Origin: a virus
Length of the DNA stretch: 64,000 nt
IMG/VR virus record: IMGVR_UViG_3300045988_180980
Reading direction: 5' to 3' (one strand)
The notes below the pieces were generated by a model, which saw nothing but the letters and a program-made list of their open reading frames with translations, had not been told where the DNA came from and ran no database searches. This document shows positions 61,916-64,000 of the stretch, piece by piece; the stretch's first letter is position 1; each line of letters starts with the position of its first letter. A program made the translations under genes and the position numbers.

Positions 61916-62121
61916 AGTCCCGTCTGGCAAAGAAGATCATGCGCCAGAGGCCTGCTGTATGTGGCGGTCCTGACGGGCGTCGGCACACGGTGCGCTACTG
62001 GCATCTGCGGTGGATGGAGTGGTATAATGCAGGGCATCCCGTCATCTCCTTCAAGCCCTGCCGCGCCGTCAGGAACCACCGCATCGCACAGGCACTGAGA
62101 ATGTGGAACAGAAAACATTGA
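61912..62121 (+). CDS. hypothetical Arg-rich small protein
   Basis: 69-aa ORF with an ATGA overlap with the previous gene. Weak support. Confidence 0.3.
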   Translation: MKSRLAKKIMRQRPAVCGGPDGRRHTVRYWHLRWMEWYNAGHPVISFKPCRAVRNHRIAQALRMWNRKH

Positions 62122-62135
62122 CAAACATAATAAAA

Positions 62136-62146
62136 GGATTTATAGA
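62136..62146 (+). promoter_or_regulatory. GGATTTATAG(A) motif, copy 4
   Basis: aaaGGATTTATAGAgagaacaATG, ending 7 nt before ATG 62154. Confidence 0.5.
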
Positions 62147-62153
62147 GAGAACA

Positions 62154-62765
62154 ATGATTACAGTTACGTTAACTACCATTTTAGGCTGGGCGTTCTTGCT
62201 TGCGGCAGTCTTCGGCTGGACGATTACCCTCGCCTTTGCCTTTCAGCGTGTGCGGATAATGCACAAGGAATATCTTGTGAGAAAAAAGCAGCGCGAACAT
62301 GAAGAGAAGATGAATATCGTCTCGTTCCTCACTCCGAAAGAGTGTCGCGACTACGTGCTCAACCATATCGAGGACGGACGTTTTTACGTAGTCTTGTCGC
62401 CCCACCACGTTGGCCTTACCATTGTGTGTGCCAAGCGCTACGATGCCGAAGAACACAGGCTCTATTGTCATGCCTACCTCTGGATTGACGCAATTGGCAG
62501 GTATAATCTGCACGTCAGTGGCCCTCGCGGCATATTCGATTCGCGCGATTTCCTCGGCGGCAAGCCCCTGTGCATCGACTCCGACCGCAACCCCAGCATC
62601 TTTGTCCATGAAGAAGAATGCCTCTCGCCGTACCTCACAGAGAGAGACTACAACGACTTCGTGCAGAGTGTACAAGCGGCAGGGTTCGACTGGAAGATTG
62701 AGAAGAGCAATGAGAACGTACTGGGCTCTTGCGAATATCGGTTGAAGGAAACAAAAGTAAAATAA
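62154..62765 (+). CDS. N-terminally membrane-anchored hypothetical protein
   Basis: ORF 62103 trimmed to ATG 62154. The N-terminus MITVTLTTILGWAFLLAAVFGWTITLAFAF is a TM segment. Confidence 0.5.
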   Translation: MITVTLTTILGWAFLLAAVFGWTITLAFAFQRVRIMHKEYLVRKKQREHEEKMNIVSFLTPKECRDYVLNHIEDGRFYVVLSPHHVGLTIVCAKRYDAEEHRLYCHAYLWIDAIGRYNLHVSGPRGIFDSRDFLGGKPLCIDSDRNPSIFVHEEECLSPYLTERDYNDFVQSVQAAGFDWKIEKSNENVLGSCEYRLKETKVK

Positions 62766-62781
62766 CAAATACAAATAGCAA

Positions 62782-63684
62782 ATGAAAATAGATGAAATCA
62801 AGCCTGGCGACATCCTTTACGACAAAGAGCGAAAGTTGTTGGTGAAGGTGGCGCGTGTAGATGAAGACGGAGTGGTGAAGTATTCGGCATACACCGACAT
62901 GCACAAGATATTTCAGACTGTACCTCCACCCTATCGCGTAGGCACACGCACAGCTGAAGCCTACATCCCTGCCACCGACGCGCAGCGCAGGTGTATGGAA
63001 AGAATGCTGAAGGAGAATAAGGAGGCAATGATGCAGGACCTTATGGAGAAGTTTCGTCTTTTGATGGACGAAAGTTGGGCTCAAAAAAGGCGTATCTTCG
63101 CCTTGGAAGAAAAGGTGGCTGCGCTTTCTTCCCGGGTCAAGAATGAGAACGGAGACCAGCGCCTCGACCCCGTCGTGAGTGCCTTCAAGGAGTCTGACTT
63201 CCCTCATGGCAGGATATTGAAACTCAAGAGCACCAATCCCGGCTCTCCCGCCGAGTATGCCATTGTGGTCGTAAAGCGTTTCCGCCCTGCTGACCAGATT
63301 CTTGAGTGCTACGCTTTCTACGTTCACGAAAAGTCGGGTCTTGACAAGATGTTCATTGCCGACGAGCAAGCCGTGGACAGCTACAGCAAGCCTTCCGAAG
63401 ATTTCGAAAACCGCATTTCCAGACATGTTTGCCTATACTTGGGGCAAGATTGGGAACTCAAAGGCAGATCGATGGCTATGGATGAGGTGGAGAAGTTGTT
63501 CAGGATGGCAGAGGCGGTCGGTTACAGAGCCGGTTACTCTATCTCTACCAATTCGGCTCACAGATATAGCCACCTTTCCCGCATACTCGTACAAGAAGCC
63601 TATGTGACTGGCCCGCTTGAGAGAATGAAGAAGAAGAAGAACCGACACGGCAAAATCAGAGGGCGAAAGGGAATGACCACCTGA
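62782..63684 (+). CDS. hypothetical protein
   Basis: 300-aa ORF. Confidence 0.55.
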   Translation: MKIDEIKPGDILYDKERKLLVKVARVDEDGVVKYSAYTDMHKIFQTVPPPYRVGTRTAEAYIPATDAQRRCMERMLKENKEAMMQDLMEKFRLLMDESWAQKRRIFALEEKVAALSSRVKNENGDQRLDPVVSAFKESDFPHGRILKLKSTNPGSPAEYAIVVVKRFRPADQILECYAFYVHEKSGLDKMFIADEQAVDSYSKPSEDFENRISRHVCLYLGQDWELKGRSMAMDEVEKLFRMAEAVGYRAGYSISTNSAHRYSHLSRILVQEAYVTGPLERMKKKKNRHGKIRGRKGMTT

Positions 63685-63734
63685 AGGCGCTTGTGGAGCA
63701 GTGGGCATGTCCGCACCACCAAAATAAACCTCCC

Positions 63735-63742
63735 TACATTTG
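63735..63742 (+). promoter_or_regulatory. Bacteroidetes-type -7 box (TACATTTG)
   Basis: cccTACATTTGcac, immediately upstream of the operator array. Confidence 0.5.
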
Positions 63743-63761
63743 CACAAGCATACGAAGAAAC

Positions 63762-63848
63762 AAACAGATACTTCTGTTTGGCACGAACAGATACTTCTGT
63801 TTACCTCAAACAGATACTTCTGTTTGGTATGAACAGATACTTCTGTTT
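63762..63848. promoter_or_regulatory. Four palindromic 18-mers (A/G)AACAGATACTTCTGTTT (operator array)
   Basis: Copies at 63762, 63785, 63808 and 63831, with a regular 23-bp spacing. They lie between the -7 box and ATG 63891. Confidence 0.8.
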
Positions 63849-63890
63849 GGTTTCAGGTAGATGCAAAGTTAGGACTAAAACATTTTCATT

Positions 63891-64000
63891 ATGGCAATGT
63901 CATTGAAATTGAGTAAGACGAAAGCCTATAACCCTTCTACCAAGAAGCAGGGCTTCCGCACCACCGTAAAGTCGAACGGTAAGGCAGACATGGAATCTCT
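63891..64000 (+). CDS. HU-family (Bacteroidetes-type) DNA-binding protein, 5' partial
   Basis: My own translation gives MAMSLKLSKTKAYNPSTKKQGFRTTVKSNGKADMES, which resembles the N-termini of Bacteroidetes HU-like proteins. Truncated by the window end and not in the ORF track. Confidence 0.45.
   Translation, partial: MAMSLKLSKTKAYNPSTKKQGFRTTVKSNGKADMES

Noticed and set aside
63762-63848. CRISPR-like array (4 regularly spaced 18-nt repeats).
   Set aside because: The spacers are only 5 nt. The repeats are palindromic operator-type sites between a promoter box and a start codon, and no cas genes are present.

Overview
This 64-kb window is a tailed-phage genome that also carries plasmid-type maintenance functions, so it looks like a phage-plasmid. 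No integrase, DNA polymerase, rRNA or CRISPR array is visible. Coding is almost entirely on the + strand. Expression signals look Bacteroidetes-like: TAnnTTTG -7 boxes, A-rich leaders, essentially no Shine-Dalgarno, an SSB-type DDLPF tail, and an HU-like N-terminus. Layout: (1) 0.3-12.6 kb holds about 27 small, mostly orphan and often very acidic early ORFs, punctuated by a conserved ATTATAGA box. (2) 12.6-16.6 kb is a partition/replication module: a CA/GT-skewed repeat region, ParA, an RHH ParG-like protein with acidic tandem repeats, 8 iterons in 22-bp phase around an AT-rich palindrome, and a Rep initiator. (3) 17-28 kb holds a cI-like repressor (- strand), a DEDD exonuclease, a zinc-finger/TOPRIM primase fused to a P-loop helicase (1222 aa), an SSB-like protein and a beta clamp. 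(4) 30.7-34.4 kb is the packaging region with the large terminase. (5) A - strand island carries an NPPY methyltransferase interrupted by a 12-G homopolymer. (6) A holin, putative tail genes and an 1853-aa tape measure protein follow. (7) Next is a 0.8-kb non-coding region and a PrimPol-like primase. (8) A circularly permuted tRNA-like RNA module precedes a guanylate-kinase-like dNMP kinase, a divergent ThyX and MazG. (9) The head module has an S49 protease-scaffold fusion, major capsid, portal and a beta-class methyltransferase. (10) Late orphan genes end with the start of an HU-like gene behind four palindromic operators. The observations most worth following up are the permuted tRNA-like module (46863-46998), the poly-G switch or frameshift in the methyltransferase (34846-34857), the kinase/ThyX-like/MazG cluster, the plasmid-type par/rep module inside a phage, and the host-SSB-like DLPF tips on two replication proteins. 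All calls come from reading the sequence and ORF translations by eye. No database search was run.
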